A stretch of DNA of 63,582 nucleotides, counting the filler, from Reticulomyxa filosa (lineage: Eukaryota; Protista; Foraminifera): the NCBI GenBank assembly GCA_000512085.1. It is 25 parts of 25 records of this genome, joined end to end, with 100 filler letters (N's around TTAATTAATTAA, not from the genome) between each part and the next. Parts side by side here need not be neighbours in the genome. Positions count along the whole stretch, not along the records: positions 26,717 to 29,023 come from ASPP01009811.1; positions 29,124 to 36,272 come from ASPP01024298.1; positions 36,373 to 37,372 come from ASPP01040555.1; positions 37,473 to 38,705 come from ASPP01000626.1; positions 38,806 to 39,853 come from ASPP01001758.1; 20 more parts are not named here. The stretch is one strand, 5' to 3'. Made by a program: the position numbers and the translations under genes. Shown piece by piece: positions 26,617 to 39,853 of the stretch. The notes under the pieces were generated by a model that saw nothing but the letters and a program-made list of their open reading frames with translations, searched no databases and was not told the origin of the DNA. Each line of letters begins with the position of its first letter. The first letter of the stretch is position 1.

Positions 26617-26716
26617 NNNNNNNNNNNNNNNNNNNNNNNNNNNNNNNNNNNNNNNNNNNNTTAATTAATTAANNNNNNNNNNNNNNNNNNNNNNNNNNNN
26701 NNNNNNNNNNNNNNNN

Positions 26717-26758
<42 letters not shown>

Positions 26759-26759
26759 A

Positions 26760-27397
26760 TACGAAACCCAAGAATCTCGAAATCTTTGGTATTGCTCTAA
26801 AAACGACTCTTCATTCAAAACGACAGGATTGAGGGAAGAGTGGTTGGTGTTGGCCCAAACGAATCTATGAGGGATACTTTGTTGCGGTTGACTGCAGTTA
26901 TTTGTCAAATCCTTGGTTTTGCCCAATTTGATATTCGCCTCAGACCATCCGCTTTTGCCTTGCTTGTAATCATTGCTCGATCGATCAAACCTTGGATGAA
27001 TCCACAACACCATGTTTTCCATATCTTTTTCGTAGATCAAACGGCGCAGCTCTGGCTTCAATTTCAAATTGGCAGTGTAAATGGTATCTTTGGTCCAATC
27101 TTCGCCAATCATAAACACCCATCGTCGTGGCAACAAAAACGCAAAAAGCGCTATTTTCAACACCTTTGGCGGAATTTGCTCAAAACTCTCGTTCAAGTGA
27201 TACAACGACACAAATATTGGACGGCGGTGATGTTTTTCAAATCGCAAAGATATCTTTTCCGTTCTTTCGCAAATGTTATTGCCACTTGTGGGGTCTCGTA
27301 CTTCGACCAGATCCGAATTGTTTTCTACAGAGGAGATCCCTGCTGTTTCCGCCGAACGGGTTCCATCCTTAGCATTGTCACTTGCACAGCCTCCCAT
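26760..27397 (-). CDS. Unknown protein with MGGCAS myristoylation/palmitoylation signal, 3' partial
   Basis: ORF over 200 aa from ATG 27397 with a Trp-rich globular region. No family recognised. Confidence 0.65.
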
Positions 27398-27934
27398 TGA
27401 TATATTCAAATTTGTTTTAAAACTTTTAAGACCTTTTTTTAAAAAAAGGGGCTTACTTACTTTTTTTACACTCCAGTATGATCCTAAACACTTAGATTGG
27501 TTATTCAAGGGTTAGTAAGAATAAAACTGAAAATTGTAAACAAAATAAAAAATTACTTTTTGGAGTTGATGAATAATTCATTTGTTAACCTTCTAATAGA
27601 CTCTACTTTTTAAAACAACTCAGGTGTTGCAAATAAATAAAACAATCTGTGTTTTTGACATGGCAATTGTAAAGATTCTACAACACTTTGGAGAACAGCG
27701 TATGAAGCTTCAAAACTGAAATAACTTCAATTGGGATTACAAAAGCATACATTATCTTTGAATGGCAAAATCTATTTTCAAAAAAATAGGCAAACAAATC
27801 CATAAAATGTCAACACTTGGTCATGAACTATATTTGAAAATGCTGTTTTTTGTTTGATTTGAGCAGTTGAAACAATACTGAAAAAGTCAACCGGTAAAAG
27901 TTTTAGAGTAAAAGAAAACAAACAAATTCTTAGA

Positions 27935-28971
27935 ATGATGACATTTCTTCCCACTTCAGCCTCTGGTGGAAATCAATCACGAAATTTTTGCATGCAATCA
28001 CCACCGCACACACCGTTATTCTTGCAGTTTGTGCCCACGTCTTTTGTGACTCCAAGTAATACTAGCAACACAGAACACAACACAAATTTTTTCATTTCGA
28101 CACCACCACCGACGATTGGAAGAGGAGTCAAGTTTGCAACGATGAGAGAACAGACAAATAACACATCAATGGTATAACATACTGTACATATGCACACATA
28201 CAAATACATATCAATGTATATAAGTATATGAACATCAAAATAAACAAATTTTTTTTTTGTTGTTGTGTTTTGCACTTTTTGTGGATTTTTTTTTTTTTAA
28301 TGTGACTGGCCGGTACTGAACACAAAGGACTGTTTACCTAATGTGGATCAAAGCCTGCCATGTCTAATTGTCGTTCCACCAGAATCTCAAAACAATGTGA
28401 CCAGTCACATGCCATCAGTTAATTCTACCACTTTCCTCCCTTTACTATCCAAAGCGTACCAATGACAAAAAAAAAAAAAACAAAAACACATCATTGAATG
28501 CAAACACCAATTGAAACAATAATTTGTTTGTTTTACTTTATTCTACCTATTTATTGATTGATTTTTTAAAATTTTGTAATTTATTTTTTTTTTTTATTAT
28601 TATTATTTTTTTTTTTTTTGTGCCACCCCCCCCTTTGTTAGCGACCACTCTACACAGTGCAGCTGCAGAATGACCGTCTGATGTCTCCCGTGTCGAGTCA
28701 AACGTATTACCAGCAGCAAAACGGCTACGTTTCGCTTCCGCTCCCTACGACCGCGCAGCAAAAGAATGTGAGTAGCAATGATGGAGGTCTTACTCGCGTC
28801 ATTATTTTGCAGAATGCTGACAAAGCGAATGCCAGCAACACTCGGCATTATTTGCATCGGTCGACCAATTCGTCGCTTATTGACACGTCCGGCAATTCTG
28901 CACCTTTGATCAATGTCTCGTCTGTCCCCCCCCCCCTTCCACGCCAAGAAAGAGTTTCCAACACAGTTTAG
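27935..28971 (+). CDS. Low-complexity P/S/T/Q-rich multi-exon protein fragment
   Basis: GC-richer exon-like blocks at about 27935-28170, 28327-28455 and 28640-28970, separated by AT-rich introns. Confidence 0.45.
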
Positions 28972-29267
28972 TGGTCAACTTTTTTATTATTATTATTTTT
29001 TTTTTTTTTTTTTTTTTTTTTTTNNNNNNNNNNNNNNNNNNNNNNNNNNNNNNNNNNNNNNNNNNNNTTAATTAATTAANNNNNNNNNNNNNNNNNNNNN
29101 NNNNNNNNNNNNNNNNNNNNNNNAAAAAAAAAAAAAATACCATTAAAGCAGTGCACATGTTATTGTATGGTACTTTTTTTTTTTTTTTGATGATCGTTAC
29201 ATATAGAAAGTGTGAACAACAACAATGAATAACAATTGTTTTTGCTTTTCCGAAAAAACCTTAGAAA

Positions 29268-30320
29268 ATGCCGCGACTGAGAATAGACGAATTGAAATGG
29301 AAAATCTTGCAAATATTTATTAATGAAACGACAAATCAAGTCGGTCCCAACAATAGCAATGACAATACTGACACTAATAATAATAATAATAATAATAAGG
29401 TGTTGTCATTGGCCGAGTTTGAAAATGAGTTTGCACGTCGTCACAAAGCATACTTAGATCCTCAGTTGTATGGCTACCACTCTTTGTATGACTTGCTATT
29501 GACACTGAAGGATATTTTATATTTTTCGCAAACTCCTTTGCAAACTCCACTCATCATGCCCTTGCCAAGACTAATACCGCTGTTGATACCTACAACAATC
29601 CCTGCACCAGCATCAACGTCAATACTAAATCAGGCATCCTCACAAATGCCAGCATCTTTCCCAATATCCGTGCCTGTACCAATGCCGATCCTTATCCAAA
29701 AACACGCGCAAGAGCACGAACAGAAACAGCCACATCAACATCATCATTATCAACAACAGCAGCAACAACAGCAATCATATCAATTACAACAGCAACTGCA
29801 GCTGCAATTGCAACAACAACAACTGGGGAGATTGATATTGAACCCTTTGCTGCCAACCCATTCTTCAATACCGCCTAACACTGCTCGAGTCGCTAAAAGT
29901 AATTTCGAAAATCGCTCTTTCTTCGTTTCTCGTTCACAGTCAGCAAATCCACTTATCGCTCCGCCCATGCCCATATATTTAAGTTTGGCTGCTTTAAAAA
30001 AAATTTGAACTGTAATCTACTATCCTCTTCCTCTCCTCTCTTCTCTTCTTTGTTTTTAGGGTAAGTATACCAACTTTTCAAACTACACAACAGATAATCC
30101 GTCAATAAGTTTTGCGAATTTACAACGCACTCAAACACATTCAGCCAATGCAATTTTACAATCTTCGAAACATACATCAAATGCTCTGCCGGCTGGATGT
30201 AACACTTCATCTTTCTATGGAATGCCTCTACAACAATCGCTTTCTTCGTCATCCGATTTGGCAGCACTTTCTAATCGCCCTTCAGGACGCCAGTCTCCTT
30301 CGGACGATCATACAAAGTAA
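29268..30320 (+). CDS. LOTUS (OST-HTH) domain protein with poly-Q/P tail
   Basis: LSLAEFENEFARRHKAYLDPQLYGYHSLYDLLLTLKDIL fits the LOTUS consensus L..YG..SL.DLL..L.D. Confidence 0.72.
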
Positions 30321-30697
30321 AGTGTATTTTTCCTCTTTTTTTTTCCCCCCCCCCTTTGCTCCTATTTCTTCATTTATTCGTTTTGCTTTGCTTTTTCAAG
30401 CTTTTGGAACTTTTTTTTAATGATTATATTGCAATCTTTTGATTGTGTTTGAGTGGCATCGTCTTTTTTTTTTTTTATCTTTTTTTTTTTATCTTTTTTT
30501 TTTCCTCTGTCCTTCAAAACCGTAGAATTCAATTATTTTTGGTTTTTTTGTTTTTTGATTTTTTGAAGAGGTAGATGTTTGGTTCAATGTCCAAACCTCT
30601 ATTTGCGTAGATATATTTCTTTTTGTTTAATCGTGTTCTGTAAAGTTCCTGGTTGGAACCTTAACTCGACAATAGATATTTGTTATATTATTTGCCC

Positions 30698-30848
30698 ATT
30701 TGCTTCGAGTTTTGTGTTGAGTTTGCTTCGAGTTTTGTATTGATTTTTTTTTTATGTTTGCTTTGAGTTTTGTTTTGTACCATTTTCGTTTGTTTCTGTT
30801 TAGAATAACTACAGCTTATTTTTGTTTAGAATAACTACAGCTTGTTTT
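30698..30848. repeat. Short tandem duplications (TTTGCTTCGAGTTTTGT x3; GTTTAGAATAACTACAGCTT x2)
   Basis: Visible direct repeats in intergenic/UTR DNA. Confidence 0.8.
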
Positions 30849-31207
30849 TGTTTTGTTATTTTATTTGTTTGCGTAACATCTCCTTTCTTTTTTTTTCCTG
30901 CTCTCTGAGCAATTTACTTGTTAACTTGAATTTACGTTTAGTATTTGAGGGCGGTTGTGAATTATACTTTCCCAAGGAAGAGATCGAAAATGCAACTTCA
31001 TGGATGCAATCGTATTACATTTTCGTTAATTTCATGTAACAAAGAAATCTCTTGCTACCTAAATTCTCCTTTCTCATCGTTTTTGAACATATTGCGTTCC
31101 ATGCTGAGTGATTTTGCACGTCAAGAAAGAACAAAATTCTCGTTGTATGATTGAATGATAGTTTAGATACAAAAAGCAAAACAAAGAACAAAATTATTTA
31201 AGTTTTT

Positions 31208-33252
31208 ATGAACTGGAAAAAAGAAATTCGAGAATGTTCAAGCACAAAAGAAAAACCTCAAACACCGATTCTTTTAAAATTAATTAAACAAAAACAACGT
31301 GGTCGTTACCGTGAAGATCAGCTTCAACTATCACATTTTAAGTGGTTTGAACAGCATACCAAACTTATACAACAATATCATAAAGTAGAAGAAGAGATTC
31401 AAGCGTTGATCAAAGATTCAGAAGCTAAAGATTTAATTTCTTCACATTACAATCAGTACAACACATGGCTGCAATCTTGGAGAGTAACTTCGAAGAAATT
31501 TTTTCCATCATAGTATAAAATATTCGGCTCTTTTTTCTTCTCTTTGCACAAGAAACAAATAAAAAAATAGCAATGGCCACTCAAAATCAAATCTCCTGGA
31601 AATGAAACAAAGTCTGCTCAATGAGATGTTAGCATTTCTCTTCTTATTTTAACAGTCGTTTATGATCTCTATTTTGTCTTCTTCAACGGTTTTCTTCCAG
31701 AAAACACTTAACAGCAGAAGAGGAACTTGTCGAAAAGGAAATAAAGATGCAACAACAAGAAATTTTTTTGCAACAAGATTTACTGGATTGGTCGATGTTA
31801 TCATCGTCCGAAAACGGACCTGAGTGTGAAAGTTCACAAACTAGCGAACTTAGCGACGACCTTGTCAACGAATTGTTTGTGTCGCAGTCACTAACAAAAA
31901 AATGCAAACAATTACATCAAAATTTTTGTAAAAATAATAGTATCAGTTTTAGCGATACGAATGGAGGATGGACACCTTCTGATCACCAAACGTTAGTATT
32001 ACAATTTTTTTTTACAAATGACATGACAAGTTGTAAAATTTGTCATAGATTTGAATTGTTAATGAATCAATGTCGAGAATTACCACCAAGACGTTTTTTT
32101 GATCAATTGAAGCTATACTTACCGCATGTTAATACTGTTGAAATGATGACCCATGCCGAATGGTACAAATTCTACCAAGGTTATTGCAGTGCTATTACCC
32201 AATTAAAAGTGAAATTACTTCTATTTTTAAATTATATGAGTATACTTTTTTAAACTTTGGGTTTCGAATGGTTTTGAGAGAGTAACAATAATAACACTAC
32301 ACAACAAAGAATCTGAAAGTACAAATCTTAAAAAATCAAAAAAAAGAAAAAATATCGAAAGAAAAAGTAGTTTCAGCTTTTTCTCGTATTACAAAACAAG
32401 ACGCGATTGAACAAGAAAATTTTTTAAAAAAATTGCAAATGCTACACCATGAAATGTCTAATATCAAAGATATTAAACAGTCCCAACTTGAGCAGGAAGA
32501 GAAAAGAAAAAAGCAAGTCTGTTTATTATCCTTAATAGCAAACAAATAATTAAATAAATAATCCAACTTAAAAAACACACAAATAATATAACTGCAAGCA
32601 AGAGGCTGAAGAACAAAAAAAGCAACGCCAAAAACAAGAAATATGGCAACATGATCATGAAATTCAAAAACAACAAGTAAAAGAATATCATGATTTACTG
32701 GAAAAAAGAAAAGAACGAATACTTTTTGAAAAGCAGCAGGCACTTGAAAAGGCTCTTCAAGAAAAACGTGATTTAATGAAACTAAACACAGCTAAAACAC
32801 AATTTAGATCACAGCTGTGGAACAGCAAAGTTTTGACTTAGATTTCTAAAATTTGTAAAATTAAATGAATATTGAATTGCATTGTTTGACAGCAACAACA
32901 GCGAAGAACCCTATCGCTACAGCATAAACTATTAGAAGAACAAAAAAAATGCAAATTGGAGGCATTTAGTGAACGTATGTCAAAAAAACTGAATTTAAAC
33001 TACAGTTGCGATAATTATTTACGCAAAACTTTTACTTTCCAAACAAAAGCTGATAAAAATAACTGTGACCTCTCCACAACATGTAATTTGTTTCCCAATT
33101 ATGGTTATACGGAAGATGAGTTGTTTGAAGATGCCAGATATCAGCTGCAGCATGAATTGTACAAAGCAAATTTACAAAATAGTAAATATGCCAAAGAAGT
33201 TATGGCTCGATTTGTTTCATTTGAAGAAAACAAACAGCAATTGTTATTGTGA
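31208..33252 (+). CDS. CCDC148/CCDC112-like coiled-coil protein, multi-exon
   Basis: HFKWFEQHTKL, GGWTPSDHQ, DQLKLYLPH...HAEWY and C-terminal YTEDELFEDARYQLQHELYKANLQNSKYAKEVM, which resembles the CCDC148 C-terminus. Confidence 0.65.
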
Positions 33253-33728
33253 AAAATCTTTGATCTGATGTTGTTAGTTTTGTACACTTTATGTTGGTTA
33301 CATTTTTTTCCGCCTGCACATTCCACGATTTTTAAGTATTTCGTGCACATACAAAATCCAAATAATTTCTTTGAATTAAAATTAAGAAAAAGTAAATCTA
33401 CATTTTCGAGTCTTTCACGACCTTATAGTCGGTTTAAAATATTTGTTTGTAAAAAATTAATTAGTATAATAGATCCATGCTTAAAAGGCACAACAACAAA
33501 GATGAACAGGAAAGAATGTGTTTCACATCACTTGTCGATTACTGAAAGTTCTTGAAACAAAAACATCAAAAGGCAAAATGACGCAAGGAAAAAATACTTG
33601 AATATGCCCAAAGAGGAAAAAAACAAAATCAAAACTATGCAACGTCTACAAAGTATCCTGTTCACCTACAATAAAAAACCCCAAGTCAAAAAAAACAAAA
33701 TCAAAACATTTTATTTATTGTATTGGTT

Positions 33729-35153
33729 TCAAAGAGGCAATATGCCGTTATGATCTTCTATTGATTTTTGGCCAACAACAAGATCAGCTAATGTTTCAAG
33801 ATGTGATTTATTAGATGACTGACTTGTTGACCAAGTCAATGTATTAGGTTCAATTTCTGGAAGGGAAGTGTTTGGCAACATTTCTTGAACATCACTGATG
33901 CCTGATGTCATTAGTGGTTGTTTTAGCGACATTGCATCAAAACAGAATTGGCTTGATTTTGCAAGTGACTTTCCATAATAGAATAAGCCAAGGAACAATC
34001 GGGATTTCGGGCCGTACAATCCACGAGATAATTGGCGAGCTAACAACTCGATATGGGAAAATGTTTCCTCATAATTTTTTAGAGATGAAGATTTGAGTTC
34101 ATGTTGTAACCATTCAAAATTGTGTCCCTATTTTTATTTTTTTTTATGTGCACGCCATTTTTTTTTTTTAACTTCACGAAATTTCGTTCCTAACAATTTT
34201 TTGCACACATAAAAAAAAACAACTTACAATTTGTTGCAACATGTGTGCATATTTTTCTGCTTTGCAAATGGCGGCCAAGTGTTGAAAGTCGTTGATCGAG
34301 GACATGCTGTTTTTAATTTTTTTTTCTAATTGATCATTAAACTCAATCACAACTGATGGTACTTTTTTGGCCACATCAAATAGTTTCCTTTGTGATTCAG
34401 TCAACAAAGTGGATGGTATTTTCAAATGTGTTTCTAAGTTGACATTGCCAATATCTTCCAATATCATGTCCTGTTGTTCCATCAAAGTTCCCAGAACATC
34501 AGGAAACTGCAGTAGATGCAAAAATTCGTTCAAGGTTTTGCAATCGCGAACGTCATTCCAAATGTGATTTGTTTGAGAATGACCAGGCGAGACTTTTGAC
34601 ATGGAGGAAGAAGTGGTAGGAATCATATTGGAGTTGAGAGATAGCGAAGACGTGAGTGGATATTGTGAGGCAATGGATGAAGAGGGCAAAATTGGTAGAA
34701 GATGTAATGTAGCAGGAGTACCGGGTATACCATTTGTGTTTGTGTGATTCGTCCAGCTTGAAACGCGCTTTTGTAAATATGTTTCTGGATGTGCAGATAT
34801 CTCTTGCATCTGAGAGCGGAATGTACTATTTGGATTGCCATTCGTTGTCCCGTAAGTCAACTCATTTATGTTTTCCGCCATTAGATCCACACTTTGATTG
34901 GTTTTCTTTTTTTTTTTTTTTGATTGTGGTTGCATGTTAAAAAAAAAAAAAAAAAAAAGCAAAAGTAATTTCGCTCATTAAGACAATACCAAACTGAGGT
35001 CAAGTGACGCTTGGGCAAATAAAGTGGTCGGTGCTCCAAGCGTAATGAACGGCTTGGATTCGGTTTTACAAATATTGAAATGACTATTCCAATTGTTTGT
35101 TGTATCTAGAGACGTTGTGCGATTACTAACACTATTATTGTTATTATTGTGAC

Positions 35154-35190
<37 letters not shown>

Positions 35191-36200
35191 GTTATTATTA
35201 CTATTATTATTGCTATTGTTATTATTATTGTTATTGTTATTTGCACTGCCATCGTGATTAGTGTTGCTATCGCCGTTAGTGTTACAAAAATGATTGATAT
35301 TGTTAGCAAGATTAGTAATATTGTGATTATTATTATTATTGTTGTTGTTGTTGTTATTGCCAGTAGCGGTAGTGGTCGCATTCGTGAAGTGATGAGTGGC
35401 ATTGCCATCAGAAGTACAATTGGTGGAAGCACATGCATTTGTCTCGAGATTGGAAACACAAATGAAAGAATCCAATTTGACTAAAGGGGCCTTGGAGGGC
35501 AGGGGTGGGAGTGAGTTGTTTGTTTCTTCTTGGTCGATTTGAGGAGGAATATACGGTATGCCACTCTTTCGTTTCGTTCTGTCGTGTTCGTCATTGCCAT
35601 TAGTCTCTACTCGAGTCATCTCGCTTTCGTCCCTTTCGAAGAGTGATTGTGGGTCATAATTGCTGCCATTACAGCTCTTGTGAGGGCTGTGTAGCGGGGA
35701 TGTGCTCGGGCCAATATCTATTATACCTTGCAGTATTTCTTGTCGAGATGCCATTGCCGTGTTCAATGCGATCCATTGGTATTTCTCAAATGCTTTTTCT
35801 TTATCGTTCATTTTTTCGTAAATGGCTCCTTGCAAACGTAATGCCTTTTTTTTTGTTCTGTCGTTGTTATTTGTTGTTTACTTAAATTAGCAAACAACAA
35901 ACACAAACAAAACAAAGCAAGACAAAATAACTTCATTGAGATACTCTGCCTTAGGTGCTTGCTGAATGAACTTGCTGCACTTACCCAAAGCATCAACAAG
36001 ATTACCATTTGCAAGCAGCGAAAGAATGAAATCCAGTGTCGCATTGAGAATAAAGTCATTGTTCATTTGGACCTGTTTTCCTGCCTTTTCAAAAAATTGC
36101 TCATATGCTTCACATGCTCCATTGAAGCAATGATATCGCAATTTCTCATTTGCCCGTTCCAACAGTTCTCTTTCATCGGGTGTCAACTTCAACCTCGATC
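33729..36200 (-). CDS. Multi-exon protein with TPR-like N-terminus, poly-Asn linker and SAM-like C-terminal helices
   Basis: FNGACEAYEQF, QGAIYEKMNDKEKAFEKYQ, a poly-N tract and LNEFLHLLQFPDVLGTLMEQQDM. Confidence 0.6.
35138..35358. repeat. (ATT/GTT)n tracts encoding poly-Asn
   Basis: Directly visible in the sequence. Confidence 0.9.
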
Positions 36201-36372
36201 TTTTTTTTTTTTTTGATAGCAATATTATTTATTTATTTATTTATTTTAAGCAATTGTTATAAACATGTATATNNNNNNNNNNNNNNNNNNNNNNNNNNNN
36301 NNNNNNNNNNNNNNNNTTAATTAATTAANNNNNNNNNNNNNNNNNNNNNNNNNNNNNNNNNNNNNNNNNNNN

Positions 36373-37340
36373 AAAAAAAAAAAATACTTTTTCAAGCAAT
36401 AGGTCCAATCACAATTGCAAAACGCAGATGAAAGGAAAGATGAACAGTCGCAATAACAGCAAATCATTGCAACGTGCTAAATTGAGTTTTTGCTGTTCGA
36501 GTGCGCACTTCGATTTCGATGATGATACTGTTAATCAAAGTTGAGTTTGCTTTTCATTTTCATTTGTCTTTTCCTCCATGGACTAACAATTGATCTTTGA
36601 CGAAATCGATACTGAAGATGCGATGTCCAAACTGACGATATCGAGTTCGACGATCGTGGATATACTCTTTGTGACTATCGTCGACGAGTGTGGTTTCAGT
36701 ATGCAATCCAACATAAGCCGATTTTCACATTTTGAGCATTGGAAAAGCCGACATTGTTTGATGAATTTGCTCTAATGACGATAGCCGTGGGTTCAATGGA
36801 TACAGAGGAAGATGGCATGACGGAAAAGTCAATGCAGTGGAAGTGTCGACAGTGACGATGACAGGATCGACACAAGAAACAAAAACATCAACATTGGCGA
36901 CCGTGTTGAATTGGATTGGGCTCGTACATGTATTATGAAATGGGTTGTCTTGGCTGCCTTTAGTCGAGTCGAAAAATGGGAACCGAACTCGATAATTGAT
37001 GGACCAATGGCTATGATTGAAGGAATATTCCAAATTCATAACAACAACAAAAGGTTATACTTACCTTGATTTTCAATTTGTGTGTGTTTCAATACAGTAC
37101 CGAAAACTGTGAATACTTGCTTGTTGACGTTACGTCGCAAACATAATAGCAATGGAAAAGTACGAAAGACAGTTGATCTGCAAAGATTCATTGTGTAGAC
37201 AATATCGAATTGTTGGATGAAAAGATCAATTCAAATAAGATTTCACTATTTGGAAACATCTCCTCCAACTCGCAGCTTGACTTGTGAAAAATAACGCGAT
37301 GGAAACTCGGCCAGTGAATGGAAGCAATGGCAAAATATCT
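36373..37340 (-). CDS. Hypothetical protein fragments
   Basis: GC-richer exon-like blocks and a GTAAGT donor near 37064. The frames are interrupted and no family was recognised. Confidence 0.3.
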
Positions 37341-37472
37341 TTGGACGAAAAAGCGATTAAAAATAAAAAACANNNNNNNNNNNNNNNNNNNNNNNNNNNN
37401 NNNNNNNNNNNNNNNNTTAATTAATTAANNNNNNNNNNNNNNNNNNNNNNNNNNNNNNNNNNNNNNNNNNNN

Positions 37473-38465
37473 GAGGAAGTTATTGATGCATTGAGACATT
37501 TGTCTCCATACAAAGCCCAAGGACCAAATAACATCCACATAATACAGATGACTTGTTATTGTGATTGACTGAGACGATTAACATGTCTTTCGATTGCAAT
37601 TCAGTGTGTTATTGGATATAAAATGAGAAAAGATGATGGATTGACAGCCTCTTATCAGATCGACTAGAAGAGTTGTATTGAATGGAACAAATTCAGAATG
37701 GACGGAATTCAAAACTGGTGTTCCAATATTGCCCCTATTATATATTCAGTGTGGCATCTTTGCTGATGACGTGGATATCAATATTTACAAGTGATGTTAA
37801 CGAGATGATTACGGTCGAATAAATGGAAGATGTTACTTGCAGTGCATTCCAAGTATGTTAATTACGTATACGGAAACTTGGATATTTGACATACTTATGC
37901 TCATACAAAGGAGTCAGACCAAGTTTATCTACGTACAATCTAGTATACAAGACCATCATCCGCCCGAGTCTTGCAGCAGACACTCATAAGAGGCGATTGG
38001 AAAGGATACAAAGGATTGCAATGTGTCGAATTCTTGGTGTAATGAACCAGACTGCTTATGACACTCAATGTAATCTCCCTCTCGAATGGCGACGAAGACA
38101 AGAAGAAGTAAAGCTATACAATAAGTGTATCAGATGGTCAGGTCGATTCAATGGTCATAATCTTGTTTTGGCATACAAGATTTGAAATGAATCGAGACCA
38201 AAGACATCTCTGAATTATATCTACTGGTAAATTGTCAGCATTATCTCGTGGATGTATCCTGCAGCTGAGACTGAAGTACCGATAGTCGAACCCACCAATA
38301 CAAGTTGCAATCCCACAATCTAACAAGTCACCATTTACAATCTTCTATGAGATTCGATTCTGGTATCGTCGGACAATGATTGCATTGTGATATTTTGCGA
38401 TGGAGCACATATCCCAATCCTGGTATTGGGGTGCAGGACTTGTAATTCAAGATCCAAATATGCCA
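37473..38465 (+). mobile_element. Heavily deleted non-LTR (LINE) retrotransposon relic with RT and RNase H
   Basis: In order: EEVIDALRHLSPYKAQGPN, IFADDV, LVYKTIIRPSL, LERIQRIAMCRILG, LPLEWRR, then IVIFCDGA..PNPGIG.AGLVI (RNase H). Confidence 0.88.
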
Positions 38466-39139
38466 GAAAAAAAAAATAATCATTCATCGTCGAGATAAAC
38501 TTTGAAAAAAAAGTATTTTGAATGAAGAAGCACAGAACAACTAGCTACTGCAACATCTGAAAGAAGTCCGAAGTTAACCTTCGACTATTAACAACAATTA
38601 ACAATAAAGAATGGCGAACAAAAGTAAACAACCATTCTATTAAATAAGCCGAAATGGCAATATCAACAACATTTTGAGATTGTTGTTCTTTATTATTTAT
38701 AATAGNNNNNNNNNNNNNNNNNNNNNNNNNNNNNNNNNNNNNNNNNNNNTTAATTAATTAANNNNNNNNNNNNNNNNNNNNNNNNNNNNNNNNNNNNNNN
38801 NNNNNTTACCAATGCTAGTTGTGTTGAAATTCGCTTCTCATTGCTAAGATTTGTCATTTTATTTTTTTCTTAAAATCGTTGATGATGTAAAATGGAAGAT
38901 TTGAACTTTTTTCCTCTTAAGGGCAATCAAAGGGGCTTTCAAAAATATTTTGGCAATATGAAAAATAGGATTTAACAATACATGCTGGGTTTTTTTCAAC
39001 GAAGATAAGAAATTTTTTAAAAAGAACTTATCCAAAACTGAGTATGCGCGTATATCACAAAATTTTTTTCCAAAAGGTTTCCAATTGTTCAACTTTTTGT
39101 AGTTTTAAAGAATGTTTGAAAACAAAAAGGAATTTTGAT

Positions 39140-39853
39140 GTTGAAATAAAAAGCGTAATTTATATAAATTAATACAACTATCACCATTTAATTTTTGTTC
39201 ATTGTTATTTGCTTTCTTTTTCAATTTTTATAAATTTAAGACAAAATATTCTTTCGTCTTTTTTTATTACATGTAATTCGTTTATATTTGATCGAATATC
39301 CCAAAAACGAATTGTACTATCACCTGACCCAGAATATATCACATTTGAATAACCATTCCTATTCTTTATCACAAATGGTGAATATCCACAGACCATACAG
39401 TATCTATATGTCCATTGAACACTTGAATTTGTTGACCAGATCGAATATCCCACAAACGAACACTTTTATCATTTGATCCAGATAATATTGTATTCACTAA
39501 TTCATTGAATCCATATTTTACACTCATCACATAATCTGTGTGTCCTTTGAATAAATTGAATTGTTTTGTTGTTTCAATATCCCATATTCGAATTGTTTAA
39601 TCATATGATCCAGAACAAATTGTATATCCATTACCACCAATCAAACCAATATTATTCATTTTATTATTATTATTGTTATTATTGCTTTGTAATGGTGAAA
39701 TATCAACACACCAAACAATATCTTTATGTCCATTGAAAACATGTAATGATTTTGATGTTTCAACATCCCATAAACGAATTGTTTTGTCATCAGACCCAGA
39801 ACACAAATATCTACCACCATTAAATGGTGAAAATTCAATACCATTAACACTAC
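39140..39853 (-). pseudogene. WD40-repeat family pseudogene
   Basis: SGSDDKTIRLWD, FNGHKDIVWCVDISP, ICSGSYD*TIRIWD (in-frame TAA at 39597-39599) and a later frameshift. Confidence 0.85.

Noticed and set aside
27935-30320. Joining the P/S/T-rich exons to the LOTUS exon as one gene
   Set aside because: They are separated by an artificial spacer, and nothing shows the contigs are adjacent.
35106-35484. Poly-Ile ORFs on both strands resembling membrane proteins
   Set aside because: Shadows of the (AAT)n poly-Asn tract.
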